A stretch of 48,769 bases of DNA, filler included, from Sphacelaria rigidula (lineage: Eukaryota): assembly GCA_964200075.2 (NCBI GenBank). It is 3 parts of 3 records of this genome, joined end to end, with 100 filler letters (N's around TTAATTAATTAA, not from the genome) between each part and the next. Parts side by side here need not be neighbours in the genome. Positions count along the whole stretch, not along the records: positions 1 to 16,192 come from CAXNAA020001450.1; positions 16,293 to 32,483 come from CAXNAA020001451.1; 1 more part is not named here. One strand, 5' to 3'. Positions within the stretch are counted from its first letter, which is position 1; every line of letters begins with the position of its first letter. The notes below the pieces were generated by a model. The model was not told where the DNA came from. It ran no database searches and saw only the letters and a list, made by a program, of their open reading frames with translations. Shown here in pieces: positions 12,641 through 24,326 of this stretch. Position numbers and translations under genes: made by a program.

Positions 12641-14011
12641 GAGCAGCGCTTTGTATTAGTATTTTATCCTTTATATAGTAATGAGCAGTAGTTCAGTACT
12701 GTTGGAGCAACTGTTCTGTATTCACTTTTTTTTCTACTCTCTTGGGGTCTGTTTTCACTCGTGTTTTCCCGTTGATCATGGGCTCGGTTACATATCTTGT
12801 ACCGTTCCCGGCTTTATTTTCTCACCTTACAACGTTTGATTTTGATTTGTTTTTTTGGGGGGGCGCCGTTTCGATTTGTTTGCCTCGTTTTTTTCGGATC
12901 AGAATTTCCTCCTCAGGCCCTCATATTTTTTTTCTCTGTTCGGTTTTCTAGTCTGGATCTTATTTGTTCTTTATCCTTCAGCCGTTTTGCTTTCTCTTGA
13001 TTTCGTAGGACCTGATCCTATTTCTCGTGTCAGTCCTTTTGGTTTGTTCATGTTTCACGAGTTGTTTTCTCGTACTATGGACGTGGTATGTTCTTTCTAG
13101 TTTCCTTCATGTTTTAGTTTCCTTTTTCTCCTTCTTTTGTTGTGGGCTGGTTCATTCCTCCAGCATTATTTTTTGGATTCTCTTTTCCTTCCCACCTTTT
13201 CGCGGAGTTGATCTTACTCCGCTCTTCGTTCTATTCCCGGTCTTGAATTTTTCATGAAAATTATTTATTTCGTGGTTTTGTCAGACCTGATCCCACCGTT
13301 TATTTCATGCACCCGGTTCATTCATCACGTTTCTTCGTCCTCGGAGAACGTTGATCTGATTTTTAGGGTGCCCCACCCCTTTCGAGTAGAGCAAATCATA
13401 TCGTAGAGTAAGCATTGTACAAAGAGGGTGGGCACCGAGTACCTGCTTGGACACTGTACCATGACGGAACTGTTGGTCTAAGATTTAGGAGTCCCCCGGT
13501 GTCCAGTAGGTCAGTTGCTGCTGATCGGTTAAAGAAAATCCTACGCACCCCCATCAACCAGTAATGCTTTCTTGGGGGGTTTTCAGTGGGTCAGCTCTTT
13601 TTGGGAGTCCTACACTACCCAGGATTGATGTAAATCAATCAAGGGTGTCTAAGCGCCGTTACCATCGGAAAATAGTCGCCGGCTATTCTCCGTGGTTTCG
13701 GTTCCCAGTGTAACTGGGATCCCGGGACGACATAGCACATGCGAAAGCATCCGCTATGATCCGAAAGGGCGTGAGAGATTTTTTCCCCAAGCGATGAAGC
13801 TTTGTCCTGAAAGCCAGGTTTTGCCCATCCTTCCGATTTCATGACAAGTGTTTTCCGCGCTTAGTCTCGGCCCCGAAATTCTGCGGTTTTCTCGTCGTTG
13901 ACGTGATCTTGAGCTGATGGCATACAGAGTTGAGGGAATTCCCCCGGTGTGCATCAAGCTGCGACTTTCTTTACCTTCCAGTAGCAGCGTGCACAAAGCA
14001 AGGGAGGGAGG

Positions 14012-14419
14012 TGTTACGGCAGATATCGGCTGTACCAATAGTGGGCGTTTCGAAGCACACATGGCATGTACAATAGGTCGTGTTCCATTTGCATATTAGT
14101 GTTATTCTCCAGTATGAGGTGTTGCATGCCCAGTCTCTCACAACTTTTAGCTACCTAGCCAAGCCTAATAACAAAGCTGTCAGCCACCACTTGGAGACAT
14201 CTCGCTTGCAAGCAAATCAAGAGCACTTCTTCTGCACGTGAAAGTAAGGTTGTGTTTTGCATCATGTATGCAGTGCTGGTTGAACCGAACTCTTCGGTGA
14301 GTCTCTGGTTCAGCACAACTGCTTGCCTGCAGTAACGGTTACGCTGGCCGCTGGTGTTTCACCACCCCCAGCCTATGTCCCACGAGCTTGATACGCCACC
14401 CTGAGACTCGACAACGACA
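14012..14419 (+). repeat. 3' LTR of element B
   Basis: PPT immediately upstream, TGTTACGG start, ..CAACGACA end followed by the TSD GGTG. Confidence 0.85.
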
Positions 14420-14600
14420 GGTGACAATGGTGATGTCATTGTACTGGTCGATCGGGATGGGTTCAGTGCTGAAGAACGCACGTGGGAGTCTTTTAGCAAG
14501 ATTTATTCTTCTGCGCCTGAATTTGATTGAAGGGACTGCTTCAACTGCGGTTGACTCGGACGCTGACAAGTAAATTAGCGTCGGAGTATGGTATTTCCTT
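14420..14600 (+). pseudogene. C-terminal half of the element A chromodomain
   Basis: Removing B rejoins VHVAEG|DNGDVIVLVDRDGFSAEERTWESFSKIYSSAPEF, matching the chromodomain LV.W.GF..EE.TWE pattern. Confidence 0.85.
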
Positions 14601-14678
14601 GTGGTCTGGCGTATGCGATTTCGCCTTGGGTTTGTTGGTTGTCAAGCTCGTTATTTTGTCTCGAACTCGCTTTGAGGA

Positions 14679-14835
14679 TGTTGTAGCCAAATGATACCAA
14701 GCCGTAGGTTTCAGTATAATCGCACGCATTATTTGAGCAGTGGCAGGGAACAGGGGATCCTGGATTGATGGCCCGTTTGTGTGTAGCCCCTTGCTGTCTG
14801 GCTCGTGTTGTGATATGTTGAGGATCACTCCGTGA
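14679..14835 (+). repeat. 3' LTR of element A, truncated on the right
   Basis: TGTTGTAGCC start; homology with 1317-1470 stops at cactccgtga. Confidence 0.8.
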
Positions 14836-16192
14836 GCAGTACACTAGTATCTTCAGTAACTGGGGAGTTGTTGCCATATGATTGATGGAATCTTAAGTTG
14901 AGAATTCCGACTGCCTTGACCAGTAGTACTATACCATTCCCTAAAACAAAAATTTATTTCCCCTTATAAAACAAAAATTTATTTCCCCCCTGGGGGGAGA
15001 CGAGTATCGAAAACGTCGGCCATGTTGCCTGTCTGTGGTGTGGTGCGATGCACCCGAGTCTGCGATCCATCGTTCTGAATCAAAAGCAGGCAGAGGTTTT
15101 GTCTGATGCAGCATCCTATCCCTCACATCGAAATTATCTCAACTGAAAACTGGCGCTCCTGGGGAGGCATAAAGCGCCATATACATGCTATTACCAGGGT
15201 TATCAGCATGCGGGAGCTCGGCGGTGGACGTAGGATGGGGGGTTATCGGATGGGAATGTGGATCGGATGACCCGTAGGGATAGAGTGAAGAGTATGGTGG
15301 TGATTGTGCAGCGGAGGAGGGTCCATGGTGGAATTGGTCGGGCGGTGGAGTTGGTGATGGGTGATATGACGGCGGTGCAGTCGATGAGGAATGATGTTGG
15401 GATTGATCGAATATGCTCACCCTCAAGGATTATAATTGTAACACGCAGGGGGGCTGATCAATTTTGCCCGCACCATTTGTTCCGCAGAAGTATAACCTGT
15501 ATTCAGGGGCTTGTACCTCGGCTAGGGATCGGGTATAGACGGCCTAGTGCAGGTATTGTTGAAGTCGGAGCATTCGGTGGATAATCGGGATACTCATGTG
15601 ATGACGTATGGTTATTTGTCATATAGGCACCATAGTGCGTGATTGTACGATGACGTGTCGTGAATAGGGGATACGTCACCCATGTGTATTTCCGGAAGGA
15701 GGGATATGCCCCACTTGTTCAGTGTGTGTGGTTTTTACTGTGTGTGTGTCTATTTCAAGGGTATATTTTGAGTGTGCTCCATGGGTAAATTCCATACATG
15801 ATTTTTCGCTCCAACTGGTCATGACCGGCCAACCGCTTTTCCTGACGACGCGCCCGGAGCTTAATGTATCCGATTAGGGACTGACTGGGTTGTGGGGGCG
15901 GTGATGGGTGATATGGTGGTGGTGTAGCTGATGAGGAATGATGCTGGGATTGGCTGGGTTGTCGAGGTGGTGATGAGCAATATGGTGGCTGTGCAGCTGA
16001 GGAATGATACAGGCAGTAGTCTGGTGCTTGGGTCGGTGGTGGGTGATCACAGAACAACAAATTGTGCGAATTGAGGTTTAACTCCGAGATGAGGCTTAAG
16101 CCTAAAACAGTGCCTTCCCCACATTTTCAGCGACGGTGCCGAATGACGTTCTTGTCGACCTCGCGCCCATCCCATGCCTCGCTCATCTTTCT
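14836..16192 (-). pseudogene. Ty1/Copia remnant, upstream part: Pro/His-rich gag linker and aspartic protease
   Basis: ERWIADSGASHHTT protease motif at ~15035-15076, then GNGIVLLVKAVGILNLRFHQS..TSVLLTE. PPPYHPSPPP-type repeats lie upstream. Confidence 0.75.
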
Positions 16193-16292
16193 NNNNNNNN
16201 NNNNNNNNNNNNNNNNNNNNNNNNNNNNNNNNNNNNTTAATTAATTAANNNNNNNNNNNNNNNNNNNNNNNNNNNNNNNNNNNNNNNNNNNN
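16193..16292. other. Assembly gap spacer
   Basis: 100-nt run of Ns with TTAATTAATTAA in the middle. Confidence 0.99.
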
Positions 16293-17140
16293 AATATATT
16301 CGTGAGATTGAGAGTAGCGGATCGCATTGAGAGGGGTTTCCTTCGAACCTTCGAGCAAGGCGTGCAGTTTCGATTAATACGGCTTAGACAGGATGATGAT
16401 CAATATTATCGTGAGATCAAAAGTACAAGATATGACTGAGAGTACGATTTTACTCGAAAGAGGAGACATGTCTTTCCGGTTGATGGGCGAAAAGCCTAGG
16501 TTGGACGTCCGAGATGTTGATGTCTGGCTCATCATACAACTGTCGTGAGATGAGAGCAGCTGTGATTCTGATGTGAAAATGTTCCGTGTCGGAAGTCACT
16601 GTTGTTTCGGACGACTGCGTTCTGTTGGCCGGCGAGGAATGTTGAGTGTGAGATGTTGAATCACCATCGATCTGGAAGTACGCACGGACGAGATGGACTG
16701 CTCTCGCGCCGAGGCTCACGGTTTCGACTTTCCGGGAAAATATATTCAGACAGCGTATGATGAGAAATACGCTGATGGAAGCACTCCGACGGCACATCTT
16801 CTGGACATCAGGCGGGCAATCTTTCTTCCAGGGCGAGAATTGGGAAACTCTATATTTGTCACCTGGTTCGGTATTATTCCGTCACCGGTATTGCCATCAG
16901 CCGGTGCTAAAGAACAGTGTACGAACCCACGAGGGGTTCACAGAAGTGATGACACACCTTCTGTGCCAAGAAAAGCACATTCATCCTCACGTGTCGCAAC
17001 GAACAGCACACACCAATCACAACACTGGCACAGGAAAAAACACACCCGATAAGCAAAACAGCTGCACACGAATTTTGACCACTCAACAATAAAGATGGTG
17101 CAGAGGGCCTGCTTGAGACCCGTCTTGGCACATCAGTTCT

Positions 17141-17302
17141 CCATCGAAATTGTGCCGTGGAAAACGAAAATCCCGATCTGATGGGCCGTAATTTCAACCG
17201 TCTTCAAAATTTTCGACTGCCCTTGACACATGAGTTTTCGATCGAAATTGTGCGGTGGAAAACAAAAATCCCGATCTGATGAACTGTAAATTGTGCGGTG
17301 GC
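17141..17302. repeat. Local duplication of a ~50-bp motif (~98-bp spacing), probably transposon subterminal repeats
   Basis: atcgaaattgtgc(c/g)gtggaaaac(g/a)aaaatcccgatctgatg at 17143 and 17241, with a partial third copy at ~17288. Confidence 0.75.
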
Positions 17303-18268
17303 AAGCAAAATACTCTCATGTAAAAATGCCTTTTAGGTCCTTCTTGACGTTCGTCGTTTTTGGCCCTGAAAGAGAGCTAGGCGGAGTTTGACACATCGGA
17401 ACGAGTGGCCCAACTTGTTGAGACGGTTCCACGACATGGTCGCGTTTTCCATCGGCCGCAGTTTTATTTTGCCCGAACAAGCTTTTTTGCCCAGAGACGG
17501 AACGTCCAGAGGAAAATGGCAGCTTGTTCTAGGTTTTACCGTTCTTGATTGCTGGGCAAAAATATAAGTTTGGCGAAATACCAAAGTGCGGCTCCCGAAA
17601 CACGTGGAACCGGTGTGGTGCAAGGTCTTGAAAAATCAATTGAAGAAATGAATGCAGCTGACTAAGTTTTGGCAACCCTGTAGTGGAGTGCTTGCCCCGA
17701 CACACGCGTTTCTTGTGGATGTCCGGTGTATGGGGCTGGCAGAGACTACTATGCGCCGGCTACCCTCGTTGACACCTATTTGCTACCAGATACCGCCAGA
17801 GTCTAAGAGCTCAGCAGCAGCTATTTCCCAGCGTGCAATGTACACGCCGTGCTGTATATCCTCTTGGACGGTATGCGTTGTTGCAGTTCTGGGGAGAGGA
17901 GTGCAACACCGGCTGTGCACGTACATGAGGAGAGAGAGAAAACATGGGACTCCTTTGCTGCTTTTCTTGGTGTTGGTGTTTGTGTTGACATTCTCTTCGC
18001 TGCGTGTGCTGAGCGTCTTGAAAATAGCACGCACCTCTCCACATATGAGGTACAACGATGTTTTGAAGAGGTTGGGTGTCTAGGATACCACTGGGGGTGA
18101 GAAGTGTCCAATCAGTTGATGAAATAGTTTCAGTTCCGAAATTCCCCTCTGAGGCTTGACACGCTTTCTGTAGAAGCTTGTCACTGGAGCCTTCGATATC
18201 CCCAAGTAAGATATTAGCGTGTAGCTGTAAACATACGACAGTGCTACAGGCAAGAGAAAAGTAGGCCT

Positions 18269-19489
18269 TAGTTCCGTATGCGCGCATGAAGTTTAGCATA
18301 ATTTCGGTGTTTGAGCTTGAATACTCGTAGGCCTGTTTAGCGCGAAGCTTATATCGGGTTAATACGCTTGAGACGCTCAACTTGCTTGAAACACGCACAA
18401 ACGCGCATAAAATTGCGATACTTTTTGCTCGCCAGTGCTCCTTGTGGCGTAACTCGTCACCGCACAGGCCGACAGGCGTCAGTCTTTGTTCAGGCTCCAA
18501 TACTTGATACTTCCAAATTTCCATAGTCATGTTTCGTGTTCCTATTTTGTTGCCGGTCTGATGAGCAAACTGCTCCAGTTTTAATCTAATAGACAAAGTA
18601 CTACGTTGCTTTCAAAAATATGACAAAAGGCTGGATAAACAATACGCTTGTACTAAATACATGAAGCAGCACGCAGGCTACACCGGGGACGAGGTCGGCC
18701 AGCTTGCTGTTTTCCCGTTTGTAATTGACGAGGTCATGACGGGCCTACTGTCCGAGAACTACGACCTTTTGGTCGCAGCCTCTGGCGCGCACTCGGAGTA
18801 CGGTTTGCTGTCGTTTCGGGATGACAACAAGAACAGGCTTCCCAGTTGGAATCTCGTGGCGATGGATGTTGTACTTCTCCAGCCATCGTCCGCGTCCATG
18901 GAGCGAGTGTTTTTTGAGAGGGTACTTGAACTCCCGGCACGAGAAAGAGTTAGGTGACCGGATCGAATCCGCGGTTATGATGAAGTACAATCGGTACCGG
19001 TAGTTCGACAAGATTTTCAATTTCGACTGACGGTAAATGATGAGGGGGGTGGTGGTAGCTTTCAGCTTGTAGCTTGCTGGGCGAGAGGCCAAAAGCCGCA
19101 ATACCCTGTGCCTAGAGGCTGTAAAACCCTATTGTTATATCAAGTATCACAAGTGTAGTGGCTTTTGTTATTTCGGTACGTGGGTTAGGGTGTAGGTGTG
19201 CAAGTTGTGGTCTCCAAACTCAATAACTGGAGAAAAGCTTCATTTTTTAATTATACATTTTCAACAAAACTTCGAATGCCCAACTTGTCGTCTTATCCTC
19301 ATGCTAGAAGGCGCGCCTCGTGAGGGAATATACTACTGCCACAACGCCACAACAAGGACGGGAATAAGGCGCATAAAGCGCCCCTAATTTGCGCCAAAAA
19401 GGCTTCGAATGGGGCTTGAAAACAAAATAAAAGCTTATGAAAAAACAAAATGGAGCCAAATTCAAGATGGAAACGCGCATGCGGAACTA
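18269..19489 (+). mobile_element. Internally deleted hAT-like DNA transposon
   Basis: 16-bp TIRs tagttccgtatgcgcg (18269-18284) and cgcgcatgcggaacta (19474-19489), one mismatch. Encloses a transposase C-terminus. TSD not clean. Confidence 0.75.
18661..19003 (+). pseudogene. hAT transposase C-terminal dimerisation domain fragment (frameshifted)
   Basis: LPSWNLVAMDVVLLQPSSASMERVF, then after a frameshift LRGYLNSRHEKELGDRIESAVMMKYNR. Confidence 0.8.
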
Positions 19490-19813
19490 GAGCCTAGAGG
19501 AAAGCACACACAGAACAAATAAAATACTCAAGTTGAAATCGATAATGAAACTCAATCAACGCTAGACTTCTCTCTCGCACAAAACCATTGTTGTACGTAC
19601 ACTTACTGCTGCAAGTGAGTGGAGTGTCCCTGGTATGGCTCCCTTTCTTGACTTCGGTAACTTTGTTCTGGTTTCCATCTTAACTATTGTGCAAAATAGG
19701 CGTTGTCCCTGTTGTTTGAATGTTGGTTCCCCTCACAAGTTCAAGCCACTTGCTGACTGCTAACTCAGCTTCTGGGCGATCACGGTGTGATTGCTGTTCG
19801 TGTCGCTGTACAG

Positions 19814-20023
19814 GGTCCGCGGCAAATGATCGGTCGGTGCTTTGCGGGTTTTACGACACCAACGGCGGCCCCGAGTGGCTCGAAATGACGCGGAGAAACT
19901 GGAAAACAGCTGAGGACCTATCGCGTTGGTCTGGCGTTACCGTGAATGCGGAGGGGCGTGTTATCAAGCTGGATCTGTCTGGTGGGAACTTTGGTACAAT
20001 GTTCGAATCCAACAACTTGACGG
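19814..20023 (+). CDS. LRR protein exon: plant-type LRR N-terminal cap plus first repeat
   Basis: tgtacag|...ttgacgg|gtgag, 210 bp, phase 1 at both ends. Encodes DRSVLCGFYDTNGGPEW..NWKTAEDLSRWSGVTVNAEGRVIKLDLS..NNLTG. Confidence 0.92.
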
Positions 20024-21318
20024 GTGAGCGAATACAACGAACACCACTTGCTGCAGTCATGCAGGCCGCGATGTGTTCGGTCGGCCCTTGCCATGACCTG
20101 CCTTGGTGACGGTAGTAGCAGGCGGATTGAGCACACGACCAATACTTCCCCAGTTACTTTTGGAAAGCCACGACGAACCTTTTTATCACGCGTGTTACGG
20201 CCTTGTCGTGGATGGGTCTGGTTCAGGCCGTCGATAGGCCGAGCATGCAGAACGACGTGAGATCGGGTGCGAGCGGTTTGTTCGTACTCTGTCCTTGCTG
20301 CCTGTAAGTCAATGGCGTAATCATTGGCAAAGTGTAGTGGATGATGACCGGTGTTCGGTTGGCGTACATAGACGGGGTCGACCTGCCCCTTCCGTTTTCT
20401 ACACTTTGAAAATATCTGGATATTGCAGTGATGTTGGGACTCTCTCACCGAAGTGTGTGAAGGGATTGCGTGAGTGATGCGCTACAGGGTGTATGCCTCG
20501 GACGGAGTCATTTCAAACCACGTCGTCCATGTACAGGGCTCTGGCAACCGACAGATGTTACACACAGTTTGATGCTCAGAATCGCTCCATCGTGGTTGAC
20601 CCAAAAGGCGTCCAGTGATTCTCTGAACTCTCGTGAACAAAGTTACACGAATATCTACTTTTTTGTTTCACTATCCAGTCCTATCATGCTTCGGCTCTGT
20701 CGGTTAGTCTTGCCTTGGCTTGGCTTGCCCTGTCCTGACTTGTTCGGTATGCCGACCGTGTGTAGTTTCCGTATTTTGACTTTCGGCCTGTCACGACCCG
20801 AATATCATGTAGCCGATGACGTTCTATACGCTTGATGTCCTAACCACCATAGTACTTGCAGGCCACCATGAAGTGTTGGCCTCCTCTGGACTTGAATGAA
20901 CACAAGGTTGGCCTCCCCACCGCGGGGAGCGGAGCACCGGGTCTAATTTTGTAGATGATAGGGGCTTCGTCCAGGGCTCCACCATTTGGTTCTATTCGTC
21001 CACTCTCACACTGGCGTTCATGTTAGCTTCAATGCTTCAATACAACTACTCGCTACTTGTCCTGGATACGAACACTCTGAGGTGCTTACACGCCACGTCG
21101 TTCGGCACAGATGTATAGTACTGTATGGCGCACAAACTGAGAGAACGTGCCTGATCCCGCTAATCGCCGGGTGCTGAGGAGTCCTCCCGTGCGTAAGATT
21201 GGATCCCCTCTGACTGGATTTACATTCACCACAAATGACTGAAGAGCGTTGCTACGAATGTGCTGTATCTGGATATCTGAAGGCAGCTCCATGCGTGTCT
21301 CGCCTTCGTAATGTGCAG

Positions 21319-21390
21319 GTTCACTACCTGCGAAGCTTGGGGAGCTGGATGCTCTCGAGGAGCTGAACTTGTCTTGGTGCCAGTTGACGG
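21319..21390 (+). CDS. LRR protein exon: single 24-aa LRR
   Basis: tgtgcag|72 bp|gtgag, encoding GSLPAKLGELDALEELNLSWCQLT(G). Confidence 0.93.
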
Positions 21391-23844
21391 GTGAGAGTCT
21401 GGATGAAATCACTGTTATCGTCTCTCCCCAGAAATATAAAATATATACTGGCAATGGTTGGAAATTTGAAGGTGTAGGATGAAATTTTTCACTCGGTGTG
21501 TGCTGAAGGGACCACGGGCGTGAACATAGTAAATTACTTTGTACTCGGCCTCCGACATCGAGATATGACAGGCACGGTCATGATAATTGCTCCGGAATAA
21601 CCGACCTCTCACGTACTACGAGGTCTGTGTCGGCCTTCCCGTTTGTTCAGATCTCCAGTGCGACACTTTTTTTTGTGAAATTCCGACGTGTACATTGTGA
21701 GCGCTGGGCATTCTGATGAAGACACCGTAGTTTTGTCTGGTCGGACCGGTTGATACAGTACCCGAACAAATTGTGGTTTTTGTCCAACTGCATCTTTCGT
21801 TTTTTCGATCCTGCCTCCCTCTTTTCTGTCTCGAGAGTTGCTGTTTGACGATGAAAAGCAAAATTCCCTATAATAATAGCATTACCTTGCTCTTCGCGTA
21901 ATGGGCTGACGGCGTGTTGAGTTTTGTTGTATTTGCGATGGCGTTGCATCGAGTTCAGCAGGTCAGTCGAGGCAGCTCTTTTCAATGCGGCCATCCCACA
22001 GAATCTTTCCGGCAATTTAAAGGCCACTGATTGGTTCAGGTACCTGTTCGTCCCCTATCACCCTTAGGACCTTGAACGAAATCCCAGCTACGTTACCCTC
22101 TTCAGTTGTCCATGGTGGTCAGTATGATTCGGCGTGTGCAACTATTGAATAGAAACCCCAAAGCCTTCACTTATCAATAAATTTCGAACGTTCATTCTCA
22201 TTAAGCCTGTATTGATGTACCCCTCAGCTTCAAATTCTTGGTAGCAAAGTTTCAATTGGTATTTCCTATAAATGGTGACGTTTGAAATGCAGTATGGTGA
22301 GGGTTTTGGGTGATGGGTGCCTCGAAGGTTTCTTCCCATGGGTTGTATTCGAAATATATCATCACCATTTAAAACAGTTGAAGAAATATGATTCTAACAA
22401 GATCGGTTGGAAGCATCTCTGGAACATCTTTTCCCGGAAATATGCCATGTTGAGGTGGGGATAATAACCTGGAATTATTTGTTCCGTTATATAATGTCTT
22501 CTTGTTGTTCTGTACTCTAAACTTCCGCTCTGGTCATGTGATGCGGATGCCTCTTGTCGTCATAGGCCAACTATCCAAAATAGTCAAGATGAGGGAATAA
22601 AACGAAGATCAAGTAGGACCCCGAAACCTTGACGCAAAAACGATCCTGCAGAACAAAATCATACTAACCCCATGAGGTTTAGTGCCGCAGGCGACCATTC
22701 GGACTACTGCAGATCAAACCTAATGCTCCCGCTCGGCACGTCATTCTATAGTTCCACAGTCAGTAAAAGTAGTCAATTTTATGTTCGACAAAAAACACCA
22801 GGTTTTGGAGATGGAGATGTTGGTGATGATAGAGCCTATCTGCGTCTTGGAGGTGCAATTTTACTCGTGGGTTACCATTCAAAATATTGTCACTTTTCAG
22901 ATAATCTTGGAGGTTTTCCTCGTTGCATAGTAGCAGGTGTAAGTTCATTTCCAGATATTTTTGTTGTATAAGCGTTCGAAAATTTCAGCGCCCCGGGTGG
23001 TGTAAATTAAAAGATCCTACTGTCGCCGTTAGAGAGGAAAGAACGAGGGTTCAAATCCCTATGCGTGGTGTTTTTCCTCTGAGGTATCCGATTTCCATCG
23101 TCGGAAGCGTTTTATCAATAGTACGTCATCAATAATGCGAGAGTAAGGAGTAAGGAGTAAGGTTGACTGAGTTGGTTTGACGAGAGTTGATGCGGTGCGG
23201 GAGCGCTGACAACGATGAGGGAGACCAAAATGTAAGGCGTGGAGCGGGGCGGAGGGGGAAGGCATACTAATGTGTTACTTGGCTTGGTCGTTTGACCATT
23301 GACCACGCATCCCTCTCGAGACGGAGCGCCGTTCCTACTCCTAATAGAGACACCTCCAACATTTAGGTACCATTAGGCGTGTACCGGGGATACATGTAGA
23401 GATGACGCAATGTTGTAGTTGTGTTGGAGATATGTCAGCCGTCGTGTTCACCGGAAAACGCGTCACGTTGTGGACACGCTCCAACTCGCACAGTAAACGG
23501 CTGAGCTGCGATCGCGACAGCAAAGGCATTCCAAGATAGTATCATCATGCTGAACCCTTCTGCTTAGGTATGTCTTTTTTATTCACAGGTGAATGCATTC
23601 GTAGTTTGTGCTGGGAGGGTCTTGGAGATGTACTCTCAAACCAGGGGTAGGTTATTTATCCCACGCTTCAAGTCAGTGTCGAAACGTTTGGACTTAAGGC
23701 TTGAGCCGCACACGGAGACACGCTCGCAAATCATACAGGGTCAGACTCGGCTCACCAGCGTGGCACGTTGAAGGTAGCGGCGTTAACATCTGTCTCAACC
23801 CCGTTCATATTTGGACGCAAAAATTGCGCTCAAATTCGTGCTAA

Positions 23845-24326
23845 GGCCGGATTCATAGCACACAGATTTTTGGCCAACGGGATCGTTCACTTATGAGACG
23901 TTTGACCCACCATTTGATCCCCAAACAGGGCAAACCGCCAACACACGTCTTGGACACTTTGCATCACCCCACAGAGAGGAGCCCTGTCTGCTTCACAGAT
24001 TTGCTTGGCTCCGAGGTTTCGAGATTGGCCGCTGAACAAACATTCGTGTTCAAAAATCTGTGCTTGCCGTCCCCCGCCAGTTTGCCCAAAAATATGGGGA
24101 GATCGCCGTAAATTTTATTGCACACGGATTATTGTTTAGCGGCCGCTTTCGAAACCTTGGAGGCGAGCGAATCTGAAAAACAGACTAGGCCCCTCTCTGT
24201 CGGGTGATGAAAAGTGTCCAAGACGTGTGTTGGCGATTTTCCCTGTTTTGGGATCAAGAAGTGGCTCAAACATCCCAAAAGTGAACAATCTGTGAGCCAC
24301 AAATTTGTGAGCCATAACACCCGGCC
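23845..24326. mobile_element. PIF/Harbinger (Tourist)-like palindromic MITE in an LRR intron
   Basis: GGCCGG...CCGGCC ends with ~200-bp inverted arms; flanks TAA and TGA. Confidence 0.8.

Larger units (their letters stand above)
6593..14419 (+). mobile_element. LTR element B, no intact gag/pol seen (non-autonomous or heavily decayed), inserted in the chromodomain of A
   Basis: TG..CA LTRs at 6593-7008 and 14012-14419. PBS-like TGGTGACCAACCGAG at 7009, PPT AGGGAGGGAGG at 14001-14011. GGTG duplicated at 6589-6592 and 14420-14423. Confidence 0.88.
1317..14835 (+). mobile_element. Ty3/Gypsy LTR retrotransposon A (chromodomain-bearing, decayed), interrupted by element B
   Basis: LTRs at 1317-1577 and 14679-14835. 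Domain order gag-PR-RT-RH-IN-chromodomain at 1824-6592 plus 14420-14600. Confidence 0.88.

Noticed and set aside
16193-16292. TTAATTAATTAA palindrome inside Ns (also 32484-32583)
   Set aside because: Artificial all-frame-stop scaffold linker, not biological.
16293-17100. Continuation of Copia gag after the gap
   Set aside because: No recognisable motif, and contiguity across the gap is unknown.
17888-18049. Possible signal-peptide exon (MRRERKHGTPLLLFLVLVFVLTFSS..) for the LRR gene
   Set aside because: The nearest donor (gag|gtac at ~18049) gives phase 2 in that frame, not the phase 1 needed; no other support.
17811-18596. 261-aa minus-strand ORF
   Set aside because: Crosses the hAT left TIR into flanking DNA; no recognisable domain.
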